DNA of 58,677 nt, counting the filler, from Basidiobolus ranarum (lineage: Eukaryota): NCBI GenBank assembly GCA_040143965.1. It is 2 parts of 2 records of this genome, joined end to end, with 100 filler letters (N's around TTAATTAATTAA, not from the genome) between each part and the next. Parts side by side here need not be neighbours in the genome. Positions count along the whole stretch, not along the records: positions 29,512 to 58,677 come from JASJQH010006982.1; 1 more part is not named here. One strand, given 5' to 3'. A program made the position numbers and the translations under genes. Of the stretch, positions 44,289 through 56,153 are shown piece by piece. A model generated the notes under the pieces. That model did not search any database and was not told the DNA's origin. It worked only from the letters and a program-made list of their open reading frames with translations. The stretch's first letter is position 1, and every line of letters begins with the position of its first letter.

Positions 44289-45269
44289 TTAAATTAAATA
44301 CTGAGGTTGATGGGATGCACTGGAATAACATGGTGGCTCAACTAGAGCAGATTCATACGAAGGTAGACGCTCGTCTGTAGTAGAGTCCAGATTGGAGACG
44401 AATTTGATGGGAGCCTTGATCAAGATAAACTTCTTCACATTATTCTCATCTGACATACTGATGGTAATTTCTAGATGATGCTCCACTTGGATGAATTCAT
44501 TCTGACAATCGGGCTGAATGGTATGAGATTTGGAGGAGGTCTTTAGAACTACGGGTTCTACCCACATTCCATTTCCAGTAGAATTCCAATTGTGTGTACT
44601 GTCGGTAATTTGGTGTTTGTTGGGCTTGACCCACTCATCATTGAATCTACACCCAACACTCTCAGATATGCTAACTTGAACTCTGTGGATACGTGTATTT
44701 TCGTTTAATGTTTTGATGCCAATCTTCAGAGGAACCTCAGCACCACTCTTGTAAGTGGTTGAAGGAGAGTGAAGACAGAATGCAATCTGCTTGGGAATCT
44801 CACCAAGTTTTAATAACTCGGGGGTTCCGATGTTTTCCGAGTCGAGAGAATTGGTTCGTTGAATGATTAACTCTTTTTCAGCTTTAAAATCTCCCCAGAT
44901 ACTCAATCTTTTGGCGACGGCAGTTAAGAGGTATTTAACGCTACCACCTTTGCATGAATCTACTGATTCAGGTAGATTACCAGGTAGTGGAAATTCAAAG
45001 TGATACTTGTAAACACCAGGGTAGAAATCTTTACTCCGATGAATCTCTTCTAGAAATTGTACTCGGTGCTTCAAGAATGTGTTCTGACAAGTACTGTTGA
45101 GAAGAGAGTACCCGGTTAAGTTTAATTCAATGGAGGTTATGCTACACAAAGAATGTAGATCAAGTAGTACGTATCCGCGAAGAATGTGTCCAGAAGAAGT
45201 ATTACTAGTGCCATAGAAGATAATTTGATTATTGTCGAGATGAATGTTCATGGAATTGGTGGACCACAT
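44289..45269 (-). CDS. Alpha-arrestin protein, tandem paralog
   Basis: GVYKYHFEFPLPGNLPES and GSVKYLLTAVA; LPSY and PPCY motifs. Start placed at MWSTN by alignment with the neighbour. Confidence 0.88.
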   Translation of the reverse strand: MWSTNSMNIHLDNNQIIFYGTSNTSSGHILRGYVLLDLHSLCSITSIELNLTGYSLLNSTCQNTFLKHRVQFLEEIHRSKDFYPGVYKYHFEFPLPGNLPESVDSCKGGSVKYLLTAVAKRLSIWGDFKAEKELIIQRTNSLDSENIGTPELLKLGEIPKQIAFCLHSPSTTYKSGAEVPLKIGIKTLNENTRIHRVQVSISESVGCRFNDEWVKPNKHQITDSTHNWNSTGNGMWVEPVVLKTSSKSHTIQPDCQNEFIQVEHHLEITISMSDENNVKKFILIKAPIKFVSNLDSTTDERLPSYESALVEPPCYSSASHQPQYLI

Positions 45270-46174
45270 GTTGATAGTATGTGATGTGTTGGTTGAAGAG
45301 AAATTGATTCTCAATGAGGGCACAAGTGTCAAAGCTTTATAGTGATGAAGAATTCATCTATGCAGGTGATTGACTCACCCAGATTCTAGAGGAGTTTCTC
45401 ATTTTCCTGCAATCTTTGATAGGCGTTTGTTCTTACAAATATCTTCTAAGATCAACATGCAAACCAAGGCCAAGACAAATTTCAATGGTCTTAGTTTATA
45501 ACTTTATGTCGGTGAGATCTGGAATAATCCAATTCCTTCATTAGATCTTATGCGGAAACTATGACATGACCAATGGGAATGAGCCTGTGTAAGCTTACCA
45601 CCCTAACCCTACTCTAGAAGAAACCTGTTTGACTCACGCAGTCCCAATCCCAAATCAGTGATATCAATCCAATTCTAAATCATTGATATCAACAAAACAG
45701 AAGAAGGTAAGCCAATGAAACAGCCCTAACCCATGGTAACGTGATGAATATGGTTCATTGTAGTGATGACATATGAGGGGGAAGTTCGGATATGCAAACG
45801 GCATCTAAACCCATTCCAGAATATCTGGATGAACAAAAAAGATCTTTCTAAATAAAGAAAAGGAATTAAATTCACTTGTTTCAATGATCCTCTTGTTCAT
45901 GTCGTTTGACTCGTTTAAACCAAGTCAATTCAATACAGGAAATTAGGGTTAGGGTTAGCATAGTAGATGTTTTATAGGGGTATATGGATTTATTTAGAAA
46001 CACCGGTACAGTACGATAATTGGAGAATTAATTGGGATTATTGATGGGAATTACAGCCAGGTTGAATGGTAATAATGGGAATTACAGCTAGGTTGAATGG
46101 GAATTAAAGCTAGTTGGTATTTACATTGTAATTGTAATAAACGGCGCATTAGGAAATATCGTACAGAACCAAGT

Positions 46175-48056
46175 CTAGTTTCCTTGGTGAATTTTCTCAT
46201 ACAAAGAGATGACAGCGCTGTATGTACCAAAACCACAACTCATAAAACCAATAAGAACAATGAGACATTCCCAAAATTTCCGGGAAAAAGTGGTTGGGCC
46301 ACCGAATAGACGATAATTAAAAGCTATGGGTAAAACCTACAAGGAATGGGATACGGATATCATGAGTATATGTTGAATTGTAAACAAATATCTTGATAGG
46401 CACTAACAAATATTAGCATCGCATTAGATACTGCCCCTAAAAGTGTCACCACTTCAGCAAAATAGGGTAGAATTATGGCAACCAATGCTGATGAACAAAG
46501 TAAAATACTGCGGAAAGCAACCCTGGATAGCAGCTCTCTACCACAAGACATGTGGATACGATCGATTTTCATGGCGTGTTCTACCTAAGAATAGATATAC
46601 ATACGTTAGCCATCAAGTGTATATAAATCATGTAAAGTTGCTTACTTCTAATGCCAGGGAAGCAAGTAAAATCGGATTCGTAAGAAGTACATGGGCTGTA
46701 ATGACTATTATAGCAAATGTCAAGCATGGTCCTAGCAAAATAACATAGAAATCAATATTTGTTGACTTTGAGACGAGGTGTTGGAAGGTACCTATAGGAA
46801 GGGTTTTTAAAATTGGGGATTCCACTTTGTCTCCATAAACGTAGTATCCAACAAATGCCGTCGTAAAATACATAGCAAATACTGTCAACAAGGCTCTTCT
46901 CAAGACTTTAGGCCAGTCCTTTCGGTTAGTCATACCATGCTCTACGTGAGGAAAGACGCTGTTACCACCAAATGAGAATCCGACTGAAGCCAACACAGAG
47001 GGAAATGCAAACAAGTTCATGTATTCATGTGTTGAATCCAAGTAATTCGGAAGATCCATGAATCCTGTAACTACCACAATGAAAACCATAATGACAGTAG
47101 CAAAAGCACCAAAAAAGCTAAGAGAATGCAATTGAGTGGTCATTTAAAGAAAGAAAGAGTGCTAGTATTAGAATCGTACCTTAAAATTGCTACTTCTTTC
47201 AAGGTCTTCATGAATACAAATGGGGGCCAGATCATCACAGTACAGATAACAATCCTACATCAAATGGATAAATAACCGTCAAAGTAAAAAAAGAGATATG
47301 GTCTTTTAAATGTACCAATGGGTAACCTTCCAGCTAGGTAAAGCTTCTTGAAATAGTTGCCGCAAATTAATCGAGGCGAGAATGAAGAATAGAGCAGAAG
47401 ATCCAAATAACATAGAACCAGTAAAGAAATTCACCAGAGCACGACCGCTATTCCCAAAGGCTACTTGACCGACCTCAGAAAAATTATTGAGCCGCTTTCT
47501 AAAACAGAAACATAGTTAGAGTCTGTTTATATGTGGCGTATCTGCCTTCACTAACCCATCCACATATAGACATTTTATCAGTAAAATACCACTGTAATAG
47601 GCGATGTAGGAACACAAGGCGATGCTCCCTAACCCAATCCATCCACCTTGTCTCAGACAGAACGGAAGCTGGAGGTAAGAAGAAAGTTAAAGGTAATAAC
47701 ATTATCAACAAGTGATTATATTCAGCAAAGGGTTGACTTGAAGGATATCACACCAGATCCTGCCATTATGCACCTATTTGATCAAACATGTAAGAAGCAA
47801 GAAATAAGAACACTCTCTCAGCATTACTACGTACACTAAATTGAAATAGGCTCCCCAGTTTGAACCGTGATGCCTTTCGTCAATCAGTTCCAATTCATCC
47901 TCTATTTCACTCGCTTTATCTTCAACAAAAGTAAATTAATCAATTCAATTGGTTGAAGTAACGGTGTATCATACCGCTATTGCCCACACTGTTATACTTC
48001 GGTGACTTGAAGTCGGATTTTAGAGGCTGCTTATCTTTTAAAGAGGTCCAAGTCAT
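46175..48056 (-). CDS. AAAP/Aa_trans family amino acid transporter (multi-exon; two frame anomalies)
   Basis: GAYFNLVCIMAGSG, LPFCLRQGGW, FSFGGNSVFPHVEHGM and LPYFAEVVTLLGA; final helix GFGTYSAVISL. Confidence 0.85.
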
Positions 48057-49027
48057 TTTAAGTAAGAAGGAAACGTTGTACCGGATATTGTCTGAAGTTT
48101 AAATCTTGTAGAGAGAGAACGAAGGTATTCAATTTAGAGTTGAGGGAGGGATTCTAGAGGATAATAACAACTTTATAAAGATTTTATCAAGGTGTATGTG
48201 GAGAAGGGTCGAAGTACTTATACTCCATAAATTGGCCGTACTGTCTTGTTGCAGTTATACATTAATATAACCACCAAGTCGCATAACATGATATGTGAGC
48301 GTATAATGGGAAAGTTGACTCAGAATGTGACCTTTTAATCTATCCGGCCCAATCATAGCTTCTAATTTCATAACACTGCCTTTAGTGTCCGTCAGTACAT
48401 GTTGCTTCGAGAAACACACCGTTACCATGCTCACAGAACATAATGTGGAGAGTTGTTACCAAATCACGTAATAGCTCATCGGACCAGATCCATGTACTCC
48501 TGACAATGTGACACGTTTGTTTGTTCTTATTTTGGGAGATTTCTTCATTGTTGGTACCAGAGTTACTCAATATAACCTTCTTGGAATGGCAGGTTTTGGA
48601 GTAGTAATGATCTTAGGCGTTGATGGGATATTAATGGAGCAACGCTTTGTGGTAAATGAAGTAATTGCCTATCCCTTATCCCTTTTATATGCCATTTATC
48701 CTTCAGGTTTAGCCACATGCCAACACTAGAGGCGAGGCAAAGGAGAGACACTTTGTCATTTGATTGAAGAGTTGGTTATCGCTGTGAGAGTAATTATGTT
48801 GATATTTATTGATATTCAAGTGATAGTATAAACAGTGTGGGGAGGTAAAGTGCAAGTTCAACTACATGATAGAGTGTGCAACGACAGTCGCATCTTTAAC
48901 CATCATTACTAATGCTAAGCATGGTAAAAATGCTAAAACGATCGCTAAATCAAAATTCCTATGCCAACAAAACTCTCTTCATTAAACTCTGACAATAAAT
49001 GATTGTCAATCAAGAAAGGATAAAAGA

Positions 49028-50808
49028 TTAATTCATGATAAGGGCTTTAGATAAAATTGGCACTTTAAGACGCTCATTGGTTAAATTATTATTCACGAGT
49101 TTCTGCATTCCATTTGCCTCTGGTGACTCTCCTAGAGTCAAAATCAGAAAAAATACCCCATATAGTTGGAATCCTGCCAATTTATAGGCGACCATATTCG
49201 TAACGTAGCCTGCCACGGTGGAGGTCAATGAGGAAGCTAGTAAGAGTGCAGTAAGCATTAGAAGCAGCCAACCAGGAATTGTGGCAAACGCTAATAACGT
49301 CAGCTATGATAAATGAAAAGTATCAGATGAGCACTAGCCAATATTACACAATGCCATCATTACCTTTCGCATGCAATGCTTAGATCTCTCGGAAAGTTGC
49401 ATGGTTTTTACGTTTTTCAAAAAGCAACATCCATAGTAGCATAGGAATATCGCATTCAAGAGAAACAGCACTGGAACTTCATTCGTCATCAGTATAACAG
49501 CAATCTTATAAATTAATCCTATTCGAGTCGTTACTCCTAATATCATCAGGATTATTACGACGGTAAAGTTACACATAGAAAAGTGTAGCAGAATGTAAAA
49601 TGGCCGAAGGTTTCGCGGTCGATGTTGCATGTTCAGAACCACTCTACTCCTAACGTATCAGTTAGTAACAGTCATCACTAAAATAAGAGACTTGGCATAT
49701 ATGGTTTACCATGTGAGTAATAGTCCACCATAAGCCAAATAGCCAACCAGCCAAGAAACATAGATGGAAATCTGACCAAGGCTTCCGTTGACTTTGTTGG
49801 TATCAACGCATACCCCTACTTCAATTTGGTAACCGAGTTAGAGGCTTTCAGAAGTCACGAGATATCATGAAGGTGCATATACTTAATAGGTATGCAAAGG
49901 AAGCGACATAAATTCCAACCCGAACATCCAGCAATCTTTGATAAACTAGATAGAAGCAGTACAAGCGATAGATGATATATAATAAGAAAAATATAGACTA
50001 GGCAAAAGTTATTTTACAACTCGACAGTCCAAAAGAATATTGAAGTAGCTTACTATCACGAGATAAATCCAATGCATTGCCGCAAGTCCAGGTGACTGGA
50101 GCAGAGGGTTCCAAGGGCCAGGATCTATTGATATTAGTAAATAATATGTCCACCGAATTAAAACCTTTAACCACGTTACCTTCCCAGATTTGAACCAAAA
50201 GAGGACTCTTAGTCAAATTGAATATACTATCTAGAATTATGCCATGATCTTTGGCTACCAGAGATAGATAGACATCAGCAGGCCTTATCTTGAAATAGTT
50301 GCCATAGCTCTCATGATATAGATTCCCAAAGCCGTATTTACTCTCCAAAGTGGACGTAAAGACAGCTACTTTAAGTTTAGGATAGTTGGAGCTTTGCAAT
50401 TGTTTAGAGTAGTCGGCTAGTTGACTCACAATCTAAGAATTATAGTTAGGAAATGAGTAAACTGGTATCTTTAACTTATAGTCTACAGACCTCTGCGAAT
50501 TCGTAACAATCGTTTTTAGAAGCCTCTCCCCAATTGATAAATATGGCGGAGCTTTCCGCATCAGTATAATTTGTTTGTGTACGGTTTGCCACCGGTACAG
50601 GGGCCAATCGACAATCATTCATCAATTCCACCTTGATCAAAAGCGTAGAAAAGTTGTAGAAATTCGGGAAATCCTCATAAAAGTCGTGGGTAGGATATGA
50701 TAGTTCCATACCAAATGGGAGGGGAGCAGGGTTAGCATCCCGGCTAAATTGAATTGCTGCCAGAGCCGAAAATATCCGTACTAAAATTAAGAAGGATATT
50801 CGAATCAT
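49028..50808 (-). CDS. Signal peptide + ~190-aa ectodomain + 7-TM receptor-like protein (multi-exon)
   Basis: Hand-spliced model: MIRISFLILV... ectodomain ...DPGPWNPLLQSPG, then seven hydrophobic helices ending FQLYGVFFLILTL. All junctions are GT-AG and in frame. Confidence 0.75.
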
Positions 50809-52474
50809 TAGGAGATTTAAGCAGCACAAGTACAGAGCGCTTCGTTTAGTTGACGTAGAATGATAACCAAGGCGAAAAGATAATTATTCTAACATGGAAT
50901 CTCCCGGTACTTATAGTCTATCTTACAACTTCATAAGCAGGAAATACCTTCTTCGCTTTAATCCTGATGGAAGGCTCTCCTATATCCTCCTAAATCCACC
51001 AATCCACCAATCCTCCTAAATCCACCTACCAAACCTAGAGAGTATTTATCTATGAATAAAGTGCTATGGGTCATGAGTGAGGTGTGCTAATCTACGCATT
51101 GAAGGTGTTGGTTAATGCTACATATTGAATGTTTTTGGTACTCGGATATGTATATATATGTTTATTTTATCCTAAAACGCTGAGCCATTTCATAGAAACC
51201 TGCTTTGAATTTCAATCCTGATAGACAACGACAGTTGTATCATTAATTTATTGCGTATGTACTATTACTGAGCATTTTGCATCGAAGATCTGCATTATTA
51301 TTCTTTGCCATCTGGTTTATTCTGCTTCAAACTAAATGAATGGCCAATTACAAGTTTGCTAATTTTCATAATTCAGCCGTTAGTCTTTCGAATATCTTAA
51401 AGAATGCCATGTATTGCTTCGCTAACATCGGTAGTGATTTAACTTTTTTTCATTAGCAATACACCCATAATCTTTCCTAAATTTCTTTGACATGTTTCTC
51501 AAACCAGTATTAGACTCAATGTCAACAGTCCTAGCTCACTCATATTGTATTCGGACTGTCGATGGAGTTATTGTACTATTTGATGACTTGAAATTGGATA
51601 TTAAGTTTAACTGCCAAACCAGTCAATTCTATTAACCTAACCATTTTATACATTGGGGCGCTGATTTATAATATGGCTTCTCCTGAACTTGCTAAAAATC
51701 TAGTTAAAGTCATGGTTATTGGTTACATTGCTGGTGGCGTTTAGCATGAGTATGGAGCAGTTTGTGACATTAGCATGTGTTCAGTCGAGCATTAAACATA
51801 TTATTAGAAATTTATTTACCTGACTTACCTTCCTGTATAACTCAAACATATGCATATGATTGTGACTTAGGAATGGTGAAGATGTACTGCTTACTTATTT
51901 TCGCTAATAAGATTGCTTGTAATCTATCGGCCAGAGTACAGACTTAGATATTCATATATCTTAGGTGATACAAGGATTGGCCTTTTCCCTGCTAATAGCA
52001 TGCTTTTGGTGTTAGAGCATTAGTCAGCCAAGTCACTGAATTCTTGCTTAGAAGGCTCGTTTCTACAGCCAGGATATCCGTAGGCTCTACTTCGGCTTTA
52101 GACTCTTCTCTTCCCAAGTTAGTTTGATTATGTAGCATAAACATTACCGCCCAACTATTCAAAGGCCTTATCATTGCAATAAAGTCTAGCAACATTCGTA
52201 ATATCTAACATCACTTTTGAAATAATGGAGTACATACATCTTTGATAGAGAAAGTATTTACGGCAAAGATAAACGGAGTTCTATTTTATGCTATGGAAGA
52301 GTTAGTTCAATAATAGTTATACACAAGACATCAAATCCAAAGTTACTATTTAGAGATACTTGGCAATATTTCAACAAGCGATGCTAATTGTGTATACTTT
52401 AGCTAAAAATCTGGGTTGTTCATTATAGTATGTATATAGAAAGACATCCCAGAATATGAAGCGAGTACCAATAG

Positions 52475-53113
52475 TTAAAACCAGTCGTTACAGCATAGGT
52501 GCCATACAGAAATTTGCTTCACTCCTAGGCTCTCGACCAACTTTCGCTTTACATTCATTGATATTTGATCGTTGCTAACATAAACTTTGTTGCCTATGAT
52601 TTTAATTACTTCACCGGAAGACGGGTCGCGCTCTCCACCGTTATAACCGCCACGTTGCTTAATTTGTTTAAGAGTCAAATTTTTGATGTTGTACTTGCCT
52701 ACGGTTGAAGTATAACTGTAAGATGGCATACCAATAACTAGACGTATGTTATTAAAAATATTGTGCATCATCTTAGTCCATCGCTTTAGCCACTTGTTGA
52801 AATTCTATATCAATACCAGTCAACTGGTGCTCTCACCAGTGCTCCAATCAACTCGGTATAATTCGTTGATCTCATCCCATTTATATGGCCAGAAACGGTA
52901 ACCAGCTGTTCAGTTTCAATTCCTTGATATTCTTTTCGGAGAAGCCATTCTGCGTGCCAAACAGATCGTTTGGATCTTCATCAATCCGTAGCAAAGTCCC
53001 GTTATCTAGCAGATTGAAATATTGTGGCCGTAGTACGTCGATTACATTGTTTTTGTAGGTTTGGGGGGGGCATCTTGCGCAGGTGCACCGTAATAAATCC
53101 AGGCGTGTAATTT
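52475..53113 (-). pseudogene. GH18 (chitinase-fold)-like pseudogene, copy A
   Basis: Fragments AWIYYGAPA, IDVLRPQYF, LTGIDIEF, LVIGMPSYSY and GVKQISVWHL. Frameshift in a G8 run (53063-53070) and an internal deletion after the DxDxE-like motif. Confidence 0.65.
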
Positions 53114-54191
53114 GGTAGATGTTTAATCAGCCGATGGTATATCGTTTTGTGTCGAATGGGTTATTTTGCTCACTGAATCCCAAATTTGTATTTCGCATAC
53201 ATATTTGTCTGCTATATCGAAACCACATTAGTTCGCACAATTAATAATTAATAAATTAGAAAACGAAGAAATGCCATCAGATTGGATTGTTTGAGTGTCA
53301 ATGTAAACGCTATGAAACTCGAGAATATCTAAAGCAGCTCTACTAAGATATACTAGAGAGTACTTAAGGTGCTAGCATGCTGTAGTTATACATGATATAT
53401 CAAGGACTGGTTTTTGTTGAGGTATAGACTTAACCAAAACGTTTATATTGAGCGTAAATTCCGAGTGAAGATATTGAATAATAACATAGTAGAATTTAGC
53501 TATATGACTATATAGATGTTTAATCTATGTCATTTTCAACAGCACTTGTTTTGAGGATAATGTGAATATCTGAAATATATAGACTAAGGACTAGCCTTAA
53601 TCCTAATATATGAGTTCAATATTGCTTACATCCATTAAATATTTCTTCATTAGTACTTACTGTGCTTCATTTGCATCATTGGCAGCTCCAATTTTTCACT
53701 GACGAATATGACTCCACAAGAATAAAATAAAATGGCATGCACAAACAAGTAATGGTAAAGCTCCAATTTATATATGGTGCTGATGCGACATATATACAAA
53801 CAAATTTCCTTCACTCTAGATATTCCTTCTTTTCAATCTGTTCGTCATGGATTCAGTGAGGCCAGAGTATTATCTTTCACCTGTTGCAAACTGTATGTAA
53901 AACTGCTTTTTATTAGCTCGTTGAATTTTTGATAGAGCAAGTAAAAGATGTCTCTTCCCGATTAAAGGAATCCACCGACGCCGAAAATCGAGTTTGTAGA
54001 ATTCATGAAAGCTTTGTTTAAACCATTTGTTTATTTACTACTGCGTGGATCTATATATAGAAATACTTAATGGAGCGAGAAAGATGAATAAACCAAAGTA
54101 CTTCACTGTTTCCTTTGCTGATTGTGGTAAAATACATGATAAGATTTTACAAAGTTTTCTAACTATAGATGAATTTACAATCTGGTGGACG

Positions 54192-55929
54192 GATATATTG
54201 GGTAAACTGCAAATCAATTTTATAATTGGAATTTAGTTTTTCACCCATGCTGTGATGAGACTCTGATGGTAAGCAAGTATCAACTGAAAATTTTGCAATT
54301 TTTCTCTGATATTACAACCTGCATTTCCTGTTGGGTTTACATACTGTATCAAAACCTGGTGTGACCCCCTTTACCATGAGCACACTGGCCATATGGGCAG
54401 CCTTAGCCTAGGGATACCTCCCACACTCATTAGGGATGAGCATGTTAATATCCCTGGGGCAGTAAATCCAAATATTTTAAGTTTTTTTGGCCACTATCTT
54501 TGACTGAGAGTGTATATGTGCACATACTACAGATGTTTAATTGGGTTGGGGAGGATCAGAATACATCAAGTGGTATAGTCTTTATCTAAGTCATTAAATG
54601 ACTAAAGCAAAGAGGAAGGGATGAAAAGCACAAAGAGGTGTGAACTTTATTTAGCTCAAGTTTTAATCCAAACAAAGAGATATTTAGGACATATGTAAAT
54701 ATACTTCTGGCATCTTGAGACTCTGATTCATTTAATACAACCAACTTTGAGGTTCAATTTTGAAAGAAATAACTAAACAGATGAGATATCATAATTGCAT
54801 TACATGTTATTCTGAACCAAAGTTCAAAAGTGGCTTAACTTACACCATTGCTACTCAACTTATATAAGTATTTGTTTACTTGATCACTATGGCCAAAAAG
54901 TGACCAGACTACTGCATGTAACTTTTTCCCATCACTATCTCTCTATTCTCTTCTCCCTTGTATGCTATCATATGTCCTATCACATGATCATTATCCTATC
55001 AGTACTCACTGCCAACTCATCTGCCAAGACACAAGTCATCATGATTCATAAGAATCATGTTTAAAACTCTTTCACTGCCAAGACTTCAGCTGAAGCATGA
55101 CTCACACATCAATTTATCTATGCAATCCTATACCTTCACTATCTGAATGAAAATATATTTTCTTAGCACTAACCAATTCACTTTGCTATCAAAGATATAA
55201 ACAAAGCTAACTGAACCTTTTGGCTTGATATGTATCTTACAAATATTAGTATCTTACTACTAGCCTACTATATTTCTACAGAACTAATTTTCTGACTCCA
55301 TTTTTTTTCAAAACCTTACATCCACTAGCATCTAGAGAACAACAAGCATAGATGCCAACAGTAACAACACTCTACCATTGCATGGTAAGCCACTGCTATT
55401 CTCAAGAATCACATTAGGTAAATCTGCCGGCTAATGTCTCCTACCTAAACAGTTCTAAGATTATGCACTTGACTGATTCATTGGTGCAGTAAAGTTCAAG
55501 CCTTTTAATCACTTTTCTGTGGACACAACACATGTATTACATATATACTATAACTGAACATTTAGCATACAAGGTCTGCATTATTATCCTAAAAAAATAG
55601 TGTTTATCAATAGCACTAATTTGACATGTTAATTAGCAATATACCTATATTTTTCCCAAATCTCTTGGACATGACACAAACCAGTGTTTGACTGGATGTC
55701 AACAGTATCAGCAAACTCATATTGTATACATATTCCCAAAGGATCTGAAGGAGTTATTATACTTTTTGATGGCTCAAATTCAACAAACTAATAAATTGTT
55801 AACCAAACAGTCAATTTTATTTAAAATAAGACATCTGCTGAATGTGCCGGAAATCCAGTTGAAGTCATAGATGATACATTGCAAATTACAACCCAAACAA
55901 CTGGTGGTGTCTATGCATGAGGCAGTTCA
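54192..55929. mobile_element. Probable degenerate, formerly methylated repeat/transposon relic
   Basis: Only two CpGs in ~1740 bp by manual count and no long ORF. No TE protein motif recognised, so the element class is unknown. Confidence 0.4.
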
Positions 55930-56153
55930 CGACATTAACATGTGTTTAACAACGAAAGGCTATTTACCGGTCCTAACATAGGAGGTATGAACCTTAAATA
56001 GTCGGAGCATTTGACTAATAGTAGGCTTAATTTCATACTCTAAAGTTACGATCTAAAGATACTTAGCAAGTGATGCCTATTGTGTATATTTTTGCTAAAA
56101 ATCCGAGTTGCTCATAAGAATAATCTCACGGGGTATAGAGTGAGCACCAATAG

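Noticed and set aside
45371-45636. TGACTCA heptamers upstream of the arrestin gene
   Set aside because: The 7-mer is expected several times per window by chance; only the 9-mers at known target-type genes were kept.
39429-51030. Short local duplications (18 bp at 39429-39464, ~35 bp at 43987-44052, 46046-46116, 50985-51026)
   Set aside because: Typical slippage repeats in intergenic DNA with no sign of function.
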